Source: Novakomyces olei | Taxonomy: Eukaryota | Reading direction: 5' to 3' | Assembly (NCBI GenBank): GCA_016906335.1 | Contig: JADEYG010000012.1 | Location: 620,001-684,000, forward strand | Length of the DNA: 64,000 nucleotides | Shown: positions 11,432-24,343 of the stretch, in pieces | Layout of the letters: each line of letters opens with the position of its first letter | Numbering within the stretch: position 1 is the stretch's first letter | Position numbers and translations under genes: made by a program | The notes under the pieces: generated by a model | What the model saw: the letters and a program-made list of their open reading frames with translations, nothing else | What the model was told of the DNA's origin: nothing | Databases searched by the model: none

Positions 11432-12136
11432 ATGGGCGCAGACTTCAACGCGTTACAAACGCAAGCGCGTACACTTGAACACGAAACGGATCAACTTTTA
11501 CGGCAAATATCTGTTGATTCTGCGGTTGCGGACCGGTTAGAACCGCAGTTGAAGGATGTTCTCGCACGGGTACGCGCTTGATTTATTTGGTTTATTTGCT
11601 TACACAGGAATCGATAGCGACAAGACCTTGTGGATCAGATGCAGGCAACTGTAGACGCTGAAAATGCTCCAGGTGCCCGTATTCATCATGTTGAAAGGCA
11701 CAGACAAGCTTTGCGCGATCATGCCCGCGAATTGCGGCGGATTCAGGTATGATATAATTACAGTGGGCACATTTTCTTACATTGTTTCTAGAGCTCTATA
11801 CAAGAAGCCCGTGATCGCGAAGAGCTTCTCTCGTCAATGAGACAGTCTGCAAATACGCGGGCTGCGGAGGACTATACTTTAGTTCAGGAGCGAAGTCGGC
11901 TTGACGAATCTCATGGACTAGTCGACGAGTTGTTGGAAAGAGCGCATGTGACTCGCGAATCCTTTGCCTCGCAGCGAGCGTCTTTAATGCGTATGCAACA
12001 CACGCTAGGCCTCGCGGCATCGAAAATTCCGGGACTCAATGTGCTTATTAAAAAGATTGATACGCGGAAAAAACGGGACGCTCTTATAATTGCAAGCTTA
12101 ATCAGTGTTTGCTTGCTGTTTTTATTTTTCTGGTGA
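11432..12136 (+). CDS. GOS1: Golgi SNARE Gos1 (GOSR1), 2 introns
   Basis: MGADFNALQTQARTLEHETD..., HHVERHRQAL, KIPGLNVLIKKIDTRKKRDALI and a C-terminal TM anchor. Confidence 0.9.
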
Positions 12137-12251
12137 GGAGTTTTGTAAATACGCATTTATGATGGCCCAGTTTTAGGAATATACACTGGTTTTTACGTTT
12201 AGTTCAATGACGCTTAGTGCTATATACCTGTGTGTTTCAAGTTTAAATACA

Positions 12252-13309
12252 TTAGATTACAGTTTTTTCCTCGACTTTTGTTTCAGCAGTCGGGTCAGCG
12301 GCTCTTTCTACAGCTGCCTGCTCCTGGCGGTTGACTGCCTCTTGAAGCAAAAAATCCACACCATCAAGAAGTGCAGTTGCCTCGTTTTCCATGGCAAAAG
12401 AGCACCCAGCCCAGCGTATATGGTTATCCCGATCAACAAGGTATACATAACATACAAGCTGGTTAACAATCGCTAGCGGCTCAAGTATGTCGGGTCCCGG
12501 TGACTGTGTTATGAAAAAGTACCTCTTCTAATAATGTTAGTCGAGAGCTCCATTTTTACCCAACTTACCCATTCCTGCTTTGGCGTACTGCGCCGTATGC
12601 CGCCGAGAAATAGCTTAACTAAAAAAGCCTTTAAAGGATTGCTCTGAATATTGAGCCGAATAATCTGCAAGTTTGTAGGAAAAGTCGCCTGCTCCGGCGT
12701 CCCGTATTTCTCGAAAAGCTTGAGTAGGAAAGACTGCGCCTGCTCTTCGGAAGAGCGCACATTGGAAATTACTACGATACTGACGTCTCGTTCAGCGACG
12801 GCAGCCAGTGTTGACTGATGATAGTCAGAACTTGAAAGAGTTCGCCCGTAAAAAGCAGGAAAAAGCAGAGCCTTATCCCTCTTAAACACTCGATCTGGTG
12901 CAATCCACTGTTTCCCATGCCACTGGCTCATGTCCTGGAAATCGCGCCAGTAACTGACACGAAACTCCTTCATTAACGCTTGACGTTGCTTGTCAACCCT
13001 TTCTTTATTTAAACGATAAAGCATCCGATCACGTAGGGAAAGACCACGCAGTGCAACTGCCTCCGCTTCTTTTTCAGAGAGGCCGAGATGAGGGACTCCA
13101 ATCGGCCGGTTTAGTCGCGGTGGCAATGGTACTGTATTTCTCCCACGGCCCCGTTGCGGTCGCTGAGTCGGTGCGCGTTTATCATTGGGCAAAGTGTCAT
13201 CGCGATCGTTTGGACCGGGAATAAACGATCTTTTTGTGAGACAAAGACATTCGGGAGACAGTAAGTGACAAGGAGAATGCCTATTTGAGGGCCGCAACCT
13301 TCGTAGCAT
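12252..13309 (-). CDS. ATP10: Mitochondrial ATP synthase assembly factor Atp10, 1 intron (~12568-12528)
   Basis: LNRPIGV, GKQWIAPDRVFKRDKALLFPAFYGRTL; the second exon reads CYVYLVDRDNHIRWAGC...VI*. Confidence 0.9.
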
Positions 13310-13353
13310 TTGGGTTTGACTGTCTCGAGCGTGATAGCACGTACAATTATCGA

Positions 13354-13399
13354 TAAATTAATAAATTAATTAATTAATTAATTAATTAATTAATTAATT

Positions 13400-13460
<61 letters not shown>

Positions 13461-13481
13461 TTTGGTTATTTATTTTATTTA
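13354..13481. repeat. Compound (TTAA)n/(TTAT)n microsatellite
   Basis: Read directly. Confidence 0.9.
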
Positions 13482-13767
13482 TCAGAATACGAGTTGGGTC
13501 TTAAAAAACACATTTTATGATTATACACTGCCCGAGTACACACTGCCAACGAGGAACAAAGAATGTTTCTCTTGCACAACGCGCGATGCCTAAGATAATA
13601 GGAAAATATTACACATACGACAGTCACAATTACAGTTAAAGAGCATATGCATTTTAAGCAATGGCAAAAAAGTTTCATGCACGCCTACGCGGGAAGACAA
13701 GATACAAATGCTAAATGATATATGCCATAATCAATTACGACGGCAATAACCGCACTAAAGCAAAACT

Positions 13768-14392
13768 TTACTCTTCAGAGACGACAGTAGTGCGTTCGCT
13801 GACGTAGATACCGTCAAGGAACTTGCGGATATCCTTGTTGCGCACATTGCAAATGTTCTTGATATCGGCAGCGCTCTGAGATACGTTTTCAAGACTGTTG
13901 CCCTCAAGCACGAGCTCATCCTTGACATTTTCCGAGTTCTTGATCGTTACACCTTCCAACAAGTTGATGTGGCGTACCCGCTTTTCGCCCAAAAAGTTAC
14001 GGATCTCCACGTCGGTGCCATTGTTTGAGATAATTACGTTGATGGGGAAGTGAGCATACACCAGACGCATCTTGTACTTGAATCCCTAAAAATAGTTAGC
14101 AAGAGTCTGGAAAAATTGGATAAATAATGGCTTGTACCTTCGTTACTCCAATAATCATGTTCTCAATGAGACTTGCTACGGTACGCAAGCAGGCCACGTG
14201 CTTGCGCGAACCGTGCCAGACAACAAAACGAATCTTGTCCTTGCCGGCGCGGCGGATATCCATGTCAATGTGGCGCAGGTTCTTTTCCAAGGTGCCGCGT
14301 GGGCCCTTTACAAAAACATGCCGGGCCTTGATTGAGACGCTGACATCCTCAGGCACCGTAATGTGCTCGTCCTGGTAAATGTTGCGGCCCAT
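13768..14392 (-). CDS. RPL9: 60S ribosomal protein L9 (uL6), 1 intron (~14137-14086)
   Basis: [48 protein letters not shown]. Confidence 0.97.
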
Positions 14393-14450
14393 TTGTGCAG
14401 TGGTAGTTGCTGATTGCTCTTGTCGTGGGTAAGATGTTGTTGTAGATAAT

Positions 14451-14473
14451 CGTGACTGCTATACCCTACCCTA
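14451..14473 (-). promoter_or_regulatory. Homol D-like (CAGTCACG) and Homol E (AGGGTAGGGT) elements in the RPL9 promoter
   Basis: CGTGACTG 14451-14458 and ACCCTACCCT 14463-14472 match the S. pombe ribosomal protein promoter elements. Confidence 0.8.
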
Positions 14474-14829
14474 GTCTGTATAATATTGTTTAGTTAATAT
14501 CTTGTCAGTCAATATTCATACTTGCGCTGTCAAGTAATGGAAGGTTACCTGATCCTTTGTATACTATATATCTATACCCGAGTTTTGCGTAAAAATATAC
14601 ATTGCTGCGATTGATACTTGGATTTCAATCCATCGCACGCTGTCTCTTGCTCGAAGCATTGTATATAATACAGAGTGTATAATAAGGAATATATTTGTAT
14701 GGTGTATATTTGCTGGTTGTATGGCGATTGCAGCACGCCTACACTAAGTAGAGATAAATGGTTTAAATTAATAGCAAAATATAATCATAGTTTGGTTTTG
14801 TACACATTACCGGCATAGATCCTTACAGT

Positions 14830-15198
14830 ATGATCCGCGGAACGGTTTCACGTGGACTGCTGCGGCCGCAGTCCGTCCGAAGCGCTGGACAAGTTCGCCT
14901 GTCGTCTCACCATGTCAAATTCTATCCGCCGGGCGGTACCAATATGTTTAGCGAGCCGCGGTTACCAAAGGGCACGAAGCGCAAGTGGGCACCTTGGGAA
15001 AAGCTGTTTGTCTTTGGAGTGTGGGTTCCGATCGGTCTTGTACAAATATTTTTCATGCATCGTCCGGGAGAATCGTAAGCTCAATTGAATTAAATAGATG
15101 CTAATATTGGCCGTAGTATCGATGAATGGGCTGCTACGGAAGCACGTAAACGATTGGAGGCCGAGGGGTTCTCGTACTATAAGCCGGAGCGTGATTGA
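14830..15198 (+). CDS. NDUFB11: Complex I accessory subunit NDUFB11/ESSS-like; intron ~15076-15117
   Basis: Arg-rich presequence, PPGG, KRKWAPWEK, one TM segment, and spliced C-terminus SIDEWAATEARKRLEAEG. Confidence 0.8.
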
Positions 15199-15541
15199 AT
15201 TGCTTGAGCTGTACAAAGAAGGGCTTTCAAATCATTGCTGCTATGTAGGCATTCTTGGCTGTAATGGATACGTCATTAAACACGTCTGGCGCATTTTCTA
15301 TGTCTATGTGTACTTGTAAAGGGCAATCATGTATCGTGTGTAAAGCTATTTTTGACTTTTTGGTAGAATTGCCAAAGCACAACTGAGATTTTTTTGGCTT
15401 CCTCTTACTGAGTCAGTTTCATTTAGCATAGATCAATTCGATATTACTATTTTGTGGTCGATCCTTGCAAAACGCACTTCACAACAAGACCAAAAACTGC
15501 CTTTGAACAATATACATTATACTTTTTATTCTAGATTACAT

Positions 15542-18285
15542 CTAAATCCCACCGAGTCCGCTGACGTCTTGCAGTGCCAAATGGATATCCGCCTCTGACA
15601 CACCGAGTTTTATCTTTCGCTGTTTTAACCCTTTGCGCATCTTTTCCAGCACGACAATGCCACTATCAACCAACATTGCAAACGCGTCTTCCCAATTAAC
15701 CAACGAGTTTTGGCCTCCAACACCGGCCAGCAAGTACCGCCGACTTTCATTTGTCGAAGTGGTCATCAGAGTCTCTGCCTCTTCCAAACACTCACCCGCT
15801 GTACTATTATCAACGAGTCCAGTTCGACGAATACGATTAATCAAGGCAGAGAGTATCAGTTTGCAGGCAAACGGAAGAGACTTCAAGTAGCCCTGTACGG
15901 GAGAGGCCATCATTTCCGCAAATGCACGTCTCACTGTGGACGTACTGACTTTAGCTTCAGAATCTGTAGCCTCTGCAATTTGTACTGCCCTTCTACATAC
16001 ATCCAGGGCACGGCGAGCATCGCCTGTAACAGCAGCCACTTTTCTTGCACAAAACTCTATAGCCCCGTCCTCAACAATCGCAGCCATATCCTCGCTGATA
16101 ATGCGACTATGTATAATTTCCTTAAGCTGTTGAAACGCATAAGGCTCAAAGCCGATGCGTGCTAAACCCATTCGGGAGGATACGCGATTAGATAGCATTC
16201 GTTCAGGCAAGTCCATTGTGTTTGCACACGTAACAATAATCAATTGGGACTGCGGTAAGGTTGGCCAATTAAAGAAATTATATATGACTTTTTGGTCCTT
16301 TGTAACCAGCTGATCAAGCTCGTCCATGAGCACGACTCTAAAGAATTAGATCCAATAGACAAATTTTGTTTCGATCTTTACATAGGGACTTACATAGGGA
16401 CTCTTGAAGGAGAGGGATGACTGAAAAGTTGATTCAAATAGGCGTGCGCTTGACTTGGAGACGCTCTCTGGTCAGAAATTGCTTCCCAAAGAATAGAGTA
16501 GGCCCGTGCAGGGTCCGTGATTTTCATGCCGTTTATTTCGACAAAGACAAAATCGTCCAACTCCTGTTTTGATTAATATAATTTGGGAAAATGATCATAA
16601 TTGCAAAACGTCCTCTTTCTTAAATCAAGTTCTAATTTCCATATTTGTTCTTGTATATTTTTTTCTATAGGCATTTAGACGTCCTCAACTTACCCCCTTC
16701 TCCACTTTTGCTCTGAGAGCCGAAATGACGTGCCTAACAGTAGCTGTCTTCCCCGTACCAGGAGTGCCTGACACGTAAACACATACACCCTGGACATCCA
16801 TAATTGCCTGCTCAACCTGATCGTAGATCAGTCTGAATTCTTTTTCGCGACAAGGTAAAGTCTTTGGCACAGCAGACACATGCAGCTGTGCTCTCGCTCT
16901 TTGATAAGGAGAAACTAGCTCTGGTCTTATGCGCATCGGTAAAGGCGTGACTTCAATGGGCCCATAAATTTTTCGGTGCATAGACCTTGGCGTTATTTGT
17001 AACGTCCTTATGTTTTTGCGAGGAGTTGCAGGGTTTGATTTACGTCTTTGACCATAATCATCATCGTCATTGTCCAAGGCTCCTGCATCTTCCTCGCTTG
17101 AGCTTGAGCTTTCCCCATAACGATCATCATTATCGTTATCCTCATTCTTTCCCTCATTAAAAGCGTCTCGTTCAGTTTGCCACACTGTTTTCGTTTGAGA
17201 TAAGCTTTCGGTGCTTGAATCATCTCCCTCGCTGCCGCCTCCACCTTCGTCCTGGTCTAGCGGCAGAATACTGCCTTTCTGTTTCGTAGGAGTACCTTGT
17301 GGTGCAGAGGTCGCAGACGTTCGTTGCCTTTTGCGAGGCGTACTTTTTTTAGGCGTCGAAGGTGCTGATGTCTTCCGTGGACGGCCCGGGGATTTTGCGT
17401 TTGTTTGGGCATTTTTACGTTGGAGAGATTGTATCAATTTGACCAACTTGTCGAGAGCCGATGATTTATGCGGTTTCGATGTAAATACCTCGTCCCAGTC
17501 AAAAGTTTCTGTGTATCGCATTACACGGCTTTGTACACCCCGCCGACAAAAGTATGAGCCTTTGGTTTTGCGCTGGAGCTGTGACTCAGGTACATGGCGA
17601 AACGTGTCCCAAAATGTAGATTCTGAATAAACATGGGCTTTGTCGATTATACTGTCCACTGGACTCAGATCCGCGTACGGTGTGAGGCAGAGTTCATGCT
17701 TCAACGTTAATATCGGTTCCGTAAATATAGGGATAGTCGACAGGTACAGAAATGGCCAACAGTGAGGGATCGTTGAAAAGTAGCTTTAGCATGCCTTTGT
17801 TAAAAAGTGCGCAAAGACCGCAAGACATTGGAAAGAAATAGAGCATCAGTTTGTAAGCACCAAAAAAAAAAAAAAAAAAGGCAAGGCCGAAAGAGAAGGA
17901 GACGGAGAAGCAAGGCATCAAGCCAATTCAGACAGAATTGTGCCATAGAAATAATTACCTGTGACAAGTCTTTTGGCCGTGTATCGTTCCTGATCTCAGG
18001 ATAAGACATAAACCACATGTGGCGCATGTACTTATCACCATTTTTTTCGATAAAGTCGAATATAAGAGCAACATATGGGTAACTGAGCCCCGAATTGAGG
18101 TGCACAGCATCGCCTATCCTAAATTCAATGTTGTCGACTCGGACTCCAATGACCTTGGTTCCCTGTTTAATCCACTCGCTCTCGTCCCCTCCAATCTCTG
18201 ATTCTGATGCACTTTCATTGCTTGATAAATTTGCATTGCTCCCAGTCAAATGTGCTTCTTCTTGTTTGCACTCGGGTGCCTCCAT
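15542..18285 (-). CDS. ORC1: Origin recognition complex subunit 1 (BAH + AAA+), 3 introns
   Basis: BAH-like N-terminus, LHVSAVPKTLPCREKEF, YVSGTPGTGKTATV, LMDELDQLVTKDQKVIYNFFNWP, GDARRALD. Confidence 0.93.
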
Positions 18286-18318
18286 TTCCCGTCCCACTTG
18301 CCAATCGTCCGTTGCTTT

Positions 18319-18338
18319 ACGCGTTCTTCGTCACGTGA
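18319..18338. promoter_or_regulatory. MCB (ACGCGT) and TCACGTGA elements just upstream of ORC1
   Basis: ACGCGT 18319-18324 and TCACGTGA 18331-18338. TCACGTGA also occurs at ~11378 and ~61617. Confidence 0.4.
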
Positions 18339-19008
18339 TCATTATAGTTTTCAGAGGACAAACTAATGTCAAAGTTAGGGTTAGGGTTTTAATCATTTTA
18401 AATTTCTGGCTCTTTTCCGGGAATTTGTCATGGTTATACTAAAATACGCAATATAACAATAGATTGCCACTGATTATGGCCGTCATCGTAAGAAAATCAC
18501 AAAGCAGTATGTGTTGTAGAAAATATATATTCAAGCTGCGTCTGTTGTTGAGCGCCTTTGAATTTATTGAATTTAAGTTTTCCTTCAATTACTAGAGCCG
18601 ACTAAAAATATAGATGCAAAATATCGTATATTCTTATCAGAAAACACCAAGGTTTGAACCTATTAATTTTGTGCCTTGCTACCAAAGCATAAACAGAGCA
18701 ACATACAAGTTTTTCCAAATTCGAGCAGAATATAATCCAGCAACCCTCAACATTGGAATTTCGGCTTTAAATAGAGCCATTGGGGTTTCAGGGACTTGAG
18801 GTTCTCATTTATTTGGCAGGTAGTCTAAAAATCCTTCGACGTTGGCTTGTGCTTTGGTCGATAAACCTATTTGGGCACGTACATATAGATATGTACTTAT
18901 TATTCATTAATTACATGGCCTGTTTTGGATATGATATAAATAAAAAGGGTTAAAAAAAAAAAAAATTTGCTTCTCAGCAAACGCCCATACCTGGTGGCTT
19001 CTGCCGCA

Positions 19009-22000
19009 ATGGAAGACTTCACCAGACAACTTGACGCGGCGCTTGCTCAAGCATCAGTGCCGGACACGGCAAAAGTAAAAGAAGCCACAAAAGTACTTAA
19101 GGACCAATTCTATGTGCACCCTCAAGCACTCCCTGCGCTGCTGCAGGTCATGCAGTCGGGCTCCAGCTTACAGGTAAGGAACAATGGTGACTGAGCACAA
19201 AACCCGTAATAAAATTTAAAAGAATAAATGACTGGAAATTTGATCAAACGCAGTCCCAAGTTGTCTGCTGTAGTCCAAACTGACAGCAACAGACGCGACA
19301 ATTGGCAAGTATAGAAGCACGAAAACTTTGCCCAAAACATTGGTCGTCCTTGGACGATCAAATTCGACAGCAATTACGGCAAAGCCTTTTACAATTTGTC
19401 ACTGCAGAGCCCAGCAAGCCTATCAAGCATTCGGCTACACGTATAATTGCAGAGATTGCAAACTTAGATTATGCTACCGGCAGCTGGCAAGAGCTACCAC
19501 AATTTGTACAGCAATGTGCTACTTCTTACAATGTAGCAGATCGTGAGATTGGCATTTACATTATTTTCACGTTGTGCGAAGTTTCTGAAGACATTTTCGG
19601 TGATCGGCTGGGGGACATGTTCCGTCTGTTCTCTCATACACTAAACGACCCCGATTCCCATGAAGTACGTACCAACACAGTACTCGCTATCGGCTCCATA
19701 ATTCAGTTTATGGACGGTGGAGACAAGGAGCTGGTAAAAATGTTTCGAGAATTACTGCCAATGATGGTCAACGTACTTGAGCAGACGATTGAGGCAGATG
19801 ATGAAGGCACTGCTCGTCAAATTTTCGATGTCTTTGTGGACTTGTTGCTCGTTGATCCCGCCCTCATCTCTAAAAACTTGAGTGATTTGCTGCAGATTAT
19901 GTTGCAAATTGCACAAACCCAAAGTCTTGATGATGAATATCGTAATATGGCGCTTTCCTTCATCAGCTCATGTATCCGTTTCAAATCACGAAAAATACAA
20001 ACCATGAAAGTAGGCACTTCCCTCACTATGGCTTTAATGGAAATCGGTGCGGAGGAGGATACACCTGACCCTGAGGACGATTGTCCTTCTCGTCTGGCTT
20101 TACGGTGTGTTGATTTACTGTCTACCTCACTTCCTCCGTCACATGTATTCGAGCCTTTAATGAACGCTTTACCTACCTATGCTCAGTCACCAGACCCGGG
20201 CCACCGTAAAGCGTGCCTCCTGGCTATAGGTGTAGCCATTGAGGGCGCTAGTGAATTCGCCAGTACGAAGCTACAAGTGTTGCTACCCATTGTAGTGCAT
20301 GGCCTTCAGGACCAGGAGCCTGTAGTACGGAGGGCTGCACTATTAGCTCTAGGCCAGCTCGCAGAGGAGCTGCCCACTGATATTGCACAGCATCATGCGA
20401 CCCTACTACCTCTCGTCTTTGAATTAATGTCCTCTCAGGGCATTCAGGTGGGCAAGGCTGCCTGTATCTGTATAGACACGCTATTGGAATCTCTAAAGTC
20501 GGAAGACTGTGCTGCTTATTTGCCACAGCTAGTTCCCAGACTGAACGAGCTACTTGCCGCCCCGGATGCTCCAACAGACGTCAAGCTGAGCGTGGCTGCT
20601 GCTATTGGGTCGGCGGCTCACTCAGCCGGAGCCGCTTTCACTCCGTACTTTGACCCTACGTTTCAGACTTTACTTCCCTATTTGCAAATCGTTGAGGGAG
20701 ATGAGCAGCTTGATTTACGTGGAGTTGTAACGGACTCTTTAGCTTCAGTGGCAGTCGCAGTTGGACGGGAAACGTTTGCTCCCTTTATTCATGATACTGC
20801 TAAACTCGTCTATGAGGGAATGAAGCTGGGCCATTCGCGGTTACGTGAGTGCTCCTACTGCTTTTTCTCAGCCATTGCCTCGGTTTACAAAGAGGAATGC
20901 GCCTCTTTTATTGATTTAGTTGTAAAAGGTATATTGGAAGCGCTGGACCAGGAAGAATCAGACGATCTAGGCGGTGATGAGGTGCAAGACGTCTTGGGTG
21001 GCGCTGGCGATGATGATGACAGTGACCCAGAAATCGACGAAGACAGTGTTGAGAAACAAATAAAGGTCAATTCTTCTATCGCCATGGAAAAGGAGGTGGC
21101 TGCGTCTGCCTTGGGTGAGATTTATTCTAAAATTAAGGCCCCATTTGAGCCATACATTGAACAGTCAGTTCAAGCGCTAATCGCTCTGACTGCTCATTAC
21201 TACTCGGGAGCACGAGCAGCGGCTATCTGCTCACTGTGGCAGATTGTACGGACAATGTATGAGTGCTCCGGCCAGCACTGGGTCATGGGTAACGCGGAAA
21301 GTGCCGTTCTGCATCCAAATGTGCAGGCTGTAGTTGACGAAGTTCGTGCTTGCTCTTTACAAATAATAGAGCTCGAAGATGAAAGGTAAAGAAATTTATT
21401 TATTGTTTTTTAAGGTCAAACTTATTTGCATAAATTGTACAGGTTCGGTGGAACATGTGATGATTGCATTTCGCTAACCCAGCTCACTCAGATGCAAATG
21501 CAATTGATGTGAACGCGAATTTTGTATCTGATACTACCTAAACCTGTTTTCTTTTTGGATTAATCTTGTTTACTATATATCATATAGTATTCACAAAAAT
21601 TCTTTTCATTCTTATAATGTATTTATTATATTTTATTTTGAGCTCTGCATTCGTCTTTAATGTATTTAATTTACTGATTATTTGTTTTCCCAAATTTGTC
21701 GTTCCTTGTACCTTTACAGCACATTGTCTAACTCAAACAGAAAAGTGCTTTCGCCCTTGTTTGACAATCTGGCAGACACGGCCAAAACGTGTGGGCCTGC
21801 AGTTTTTGGCAACGATATAGAACAGATATGCACTGTAGTGCTGCAAGTTTTACAGAAGAAGCACATGTGCCAGGTAGAAGGTTTCCTGGGCGAGGCAGAC
21901 GAAGAAGATGAAAATGCAGTTGATCCAGAGGATGAGGAGGCTGCTGAAGAAGAAACGATGCTGATTGACAGTGCATGTGATGTTTTAATAGCTCTCTCCA

Positions 22001-22680
22001 TCACGTTAGGCGAAACATTCGCCAATAATTTCCGGGTTTTCCTTCCGCTCTTGATCAAATATGCTAGCAGTGTGAATCCAACTGAGCGAGCATTAGCAGT
22101 CGCCTCTATCGGTGAGATTGCAGGCGGCCTTAAAGCCGGAGTTACACCTTTTACAGAGCAAATTTTACAGATATTTATGCGCTGCTTGTCAGATAATGAA
22201 GCAGAAGTACGGAGCAACGCTGCATACTCTGTAGGCCTATTATGCCAGTATACCCAAGCAGATATCACTGGGAATTACGCAGCAATCTTTGAGAAATTGC
22301 AGCCTCTTTTCGCCCCCGGGAATGCGAAAAACTCTACGGATAATGCCTTGGGATGCATTTCAAGGATGATTATGGCGAACGCACAAGCAATCCCGCTGGA
22401 CCAGGTACTGCCGTCGATGATAAAGTACTTGCCAATCACGCAAGACTACATGGAAAACACTCCGATATACAAGATGATTATTGGACTGTACAAGCAAAAC
22501 AATGCTGTAATACTGCAGCTGACAGAGGCGCTAATACCCGTATTTGCTTCAGTATTAGGCCCACCAGAGCAGCAGTTACGGCGCGAGATTAGGCACGAAC
22601 TGCTTGAACTGGTGCGTGCTTTGCATACCCAATTCCCCACGTTAATACGCGCAGATTCCAGCCTGCACCAGTTGTTGTAG
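19009..22680 (+). CDS. KAP123: Importin beta-4 / Kap123 karyopherin; introns ~19174-19292 and 21386-21740
   Basis: HEAT repeats, QLASIEARK, CPSRLALRCVDLLSTSLPPSHVF, VNSSIAMEKEVA, EVRSNAAYSVG, DNALGCISRMI. Confidence 0.92.
21455..21533 (+). ncRNA. Intron-encoded box C/D snoRNA, snR71/U29-like (guide for LSU rRNA A2946, S. cerevisiae numbering)
   Basis: Box C GTGATGA 21457-21463, D' CAGA 21489-21492, box D CTGA 21528-21531. The 12-nt guide AACCCAGCTCAC is complementary to LSU GUGAGCUGGGUU. Flanking stem ACAGGTT/AACCTGT. Confidence 0.85.
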
Positions 22681-22851
22681 GTTTAATGAAGCATTAAAGC
22701 AGGTTAATTTATTCGTTTGAGCAGTGTGCGTTACTAGATATACAGATAAATAGATTTACAGATAAATAGTCAATTAGTCGCAATGCTCAATCACCACCAT
22801 CTCTATCAACTGGCTGCCGTCTATACTCCCTCAATTATATCCACAAAGCAG

Positions 22852-24125
22852 TCAACGAGCCGCTTGAGTTGCCCGGGCAAACTGCTGCAATTGTCGTAGA
22901 GCCGATCCAGAACGGATGGACTGGAGGGAAAGCTCGACTCCATGCTTCCAGTCTCTGGCAGCACCGGCAATTACAAGCAAGGCTGCAGAGTTTACAAGCA
23001 CAAAGTCTAAAACGGCATTTCCCTCTGGCAGTTCGCCCTGTAAAAGCTGAAGCAGTGTTTGGGCATTCTCGTCCGGTGTACCTGATTTTGCTTCGTCCAG
23101 CGAGTGCCTTTGCAGACCAAAATCGGCCGGCTCGATTGTAGACTCTTGCACTTTGCCGTCAATAATGCGCCAGACGTTTGTGGGCCCGGCAATACTGATT
23201 TCGTCCAATCCCTCAGCGCCGCAGACGACCATTGCACGATGGCTGCCGAGTAAGTGCAGGGCCTCTGCAAAAATCCGTCCTAAATCCGGCGTGGCTACTC
23301 CCACCACCCGTGCCGCCAGCCGTGCAGGATGGATAAGGGGACCAAGGAAATTGAAGATGGACGGGATGCCCAGCTGCTTGCGCACGGGGGCCACGTGCCT
23401 CATTCCAGGGTGGAAAACTTGTGCAAAAAGGAAGCAAAAGGAAGACTCGTCCAGTATGCGTTTCAGAGTATTCGGGTGCACTGCCGTTACATCACACCCC
23501 ACAGACATGAGCAAGTCTGCGCTGCCACTCGATGAGCTGGACGCTTTGTTTCCGTGCTATAAAGCGTTAGAATAAAAAGATTAAAAGGAACAAAAAGATT
23601 AAAAGAGTAGAAAAGAGGAATACACATGAATAACATGAATACACATGAATATGAACAATAGTTGGAAAGAGCCAAAGTAAAAGGCAAATGTATGGCGCAG
23701 GTTTATGAACGAGATACGAAACAATTGCAGGCAAAAAAAAAAATAGAAAAAAATTAATAAATAAACAGTACCTTGCAAACTCGACACCCCGCACCAGAGG
23801 CAATTATAGCAGCGCTAGTAGAAATATTAAAAGTATTTTGATTATCGCCACCAGTGCCGACAATATCGACAAACCCTTCGCCCCATGCAGCTTGATCATG
23901 TTCGATTTGCAGCGCACGTGCCCGCATTTCTGTCGCGGCAGCCGCGATCACTTGCGGGTCGCGGTCAATACGAGAAATACGTAAAGCGACCAGTAAACCG
24001 GCGGCGAGAATCGGGTCCACTTCTCCCGTGGCCAATTCGCCCACACATTTTGCAATTTCCGTTGGCGCTGCGCTGCCGGTGCGATCGATGGCTTTAATCA
24101 CCGCTCTTACTCTTTTGTCTGACAT
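22852..24125 (-). CDS. TRP4: Anthranilate phosphoribosyltransferase; intron 23771-23557
   Basis: VDIVGTGGDNQNTFNISTS, CK|HGNKASSSSSGSADLL, FNFLGPL, GLDEIS. Confidence 0.95.
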
Positions 24126-24343
24126 CTCGACGATAAGGGCAAACGACAGTTTCCCAATACTTTGACATTATACATTAATGTTATTATTTAGAAAAATATA
24201 AAAATATTGTCAATATTGTCAATATTTAAATATTATTCAAATAATTTTGTTGTAGTATGTTAATATATTATATATAGTACATAAAATGATGATAATAATA
24301 ATCGTAATTCAAACGCTTGACCATTCACCAATACCACAAATCA

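Noticed and set aside
17705-17960. Long ORC1 intron (and long NOT4, NCR1, NDUFS3 and TRP4 introns) as snoRNA hosts
   Set aside because: I found no convincing C/D or H/ACA box sets or guides by eye; a cmscan run would settle it.
18286-18342. ORC1 N-terminal extension via the upstream in-frame ATG and TGA readthrough
   Set aside because: The ATG is followed by TGA at the fourth codon within a TCACGTGA motif. A promoter element or tiny uORF is simpler, and there is no readthrough context.
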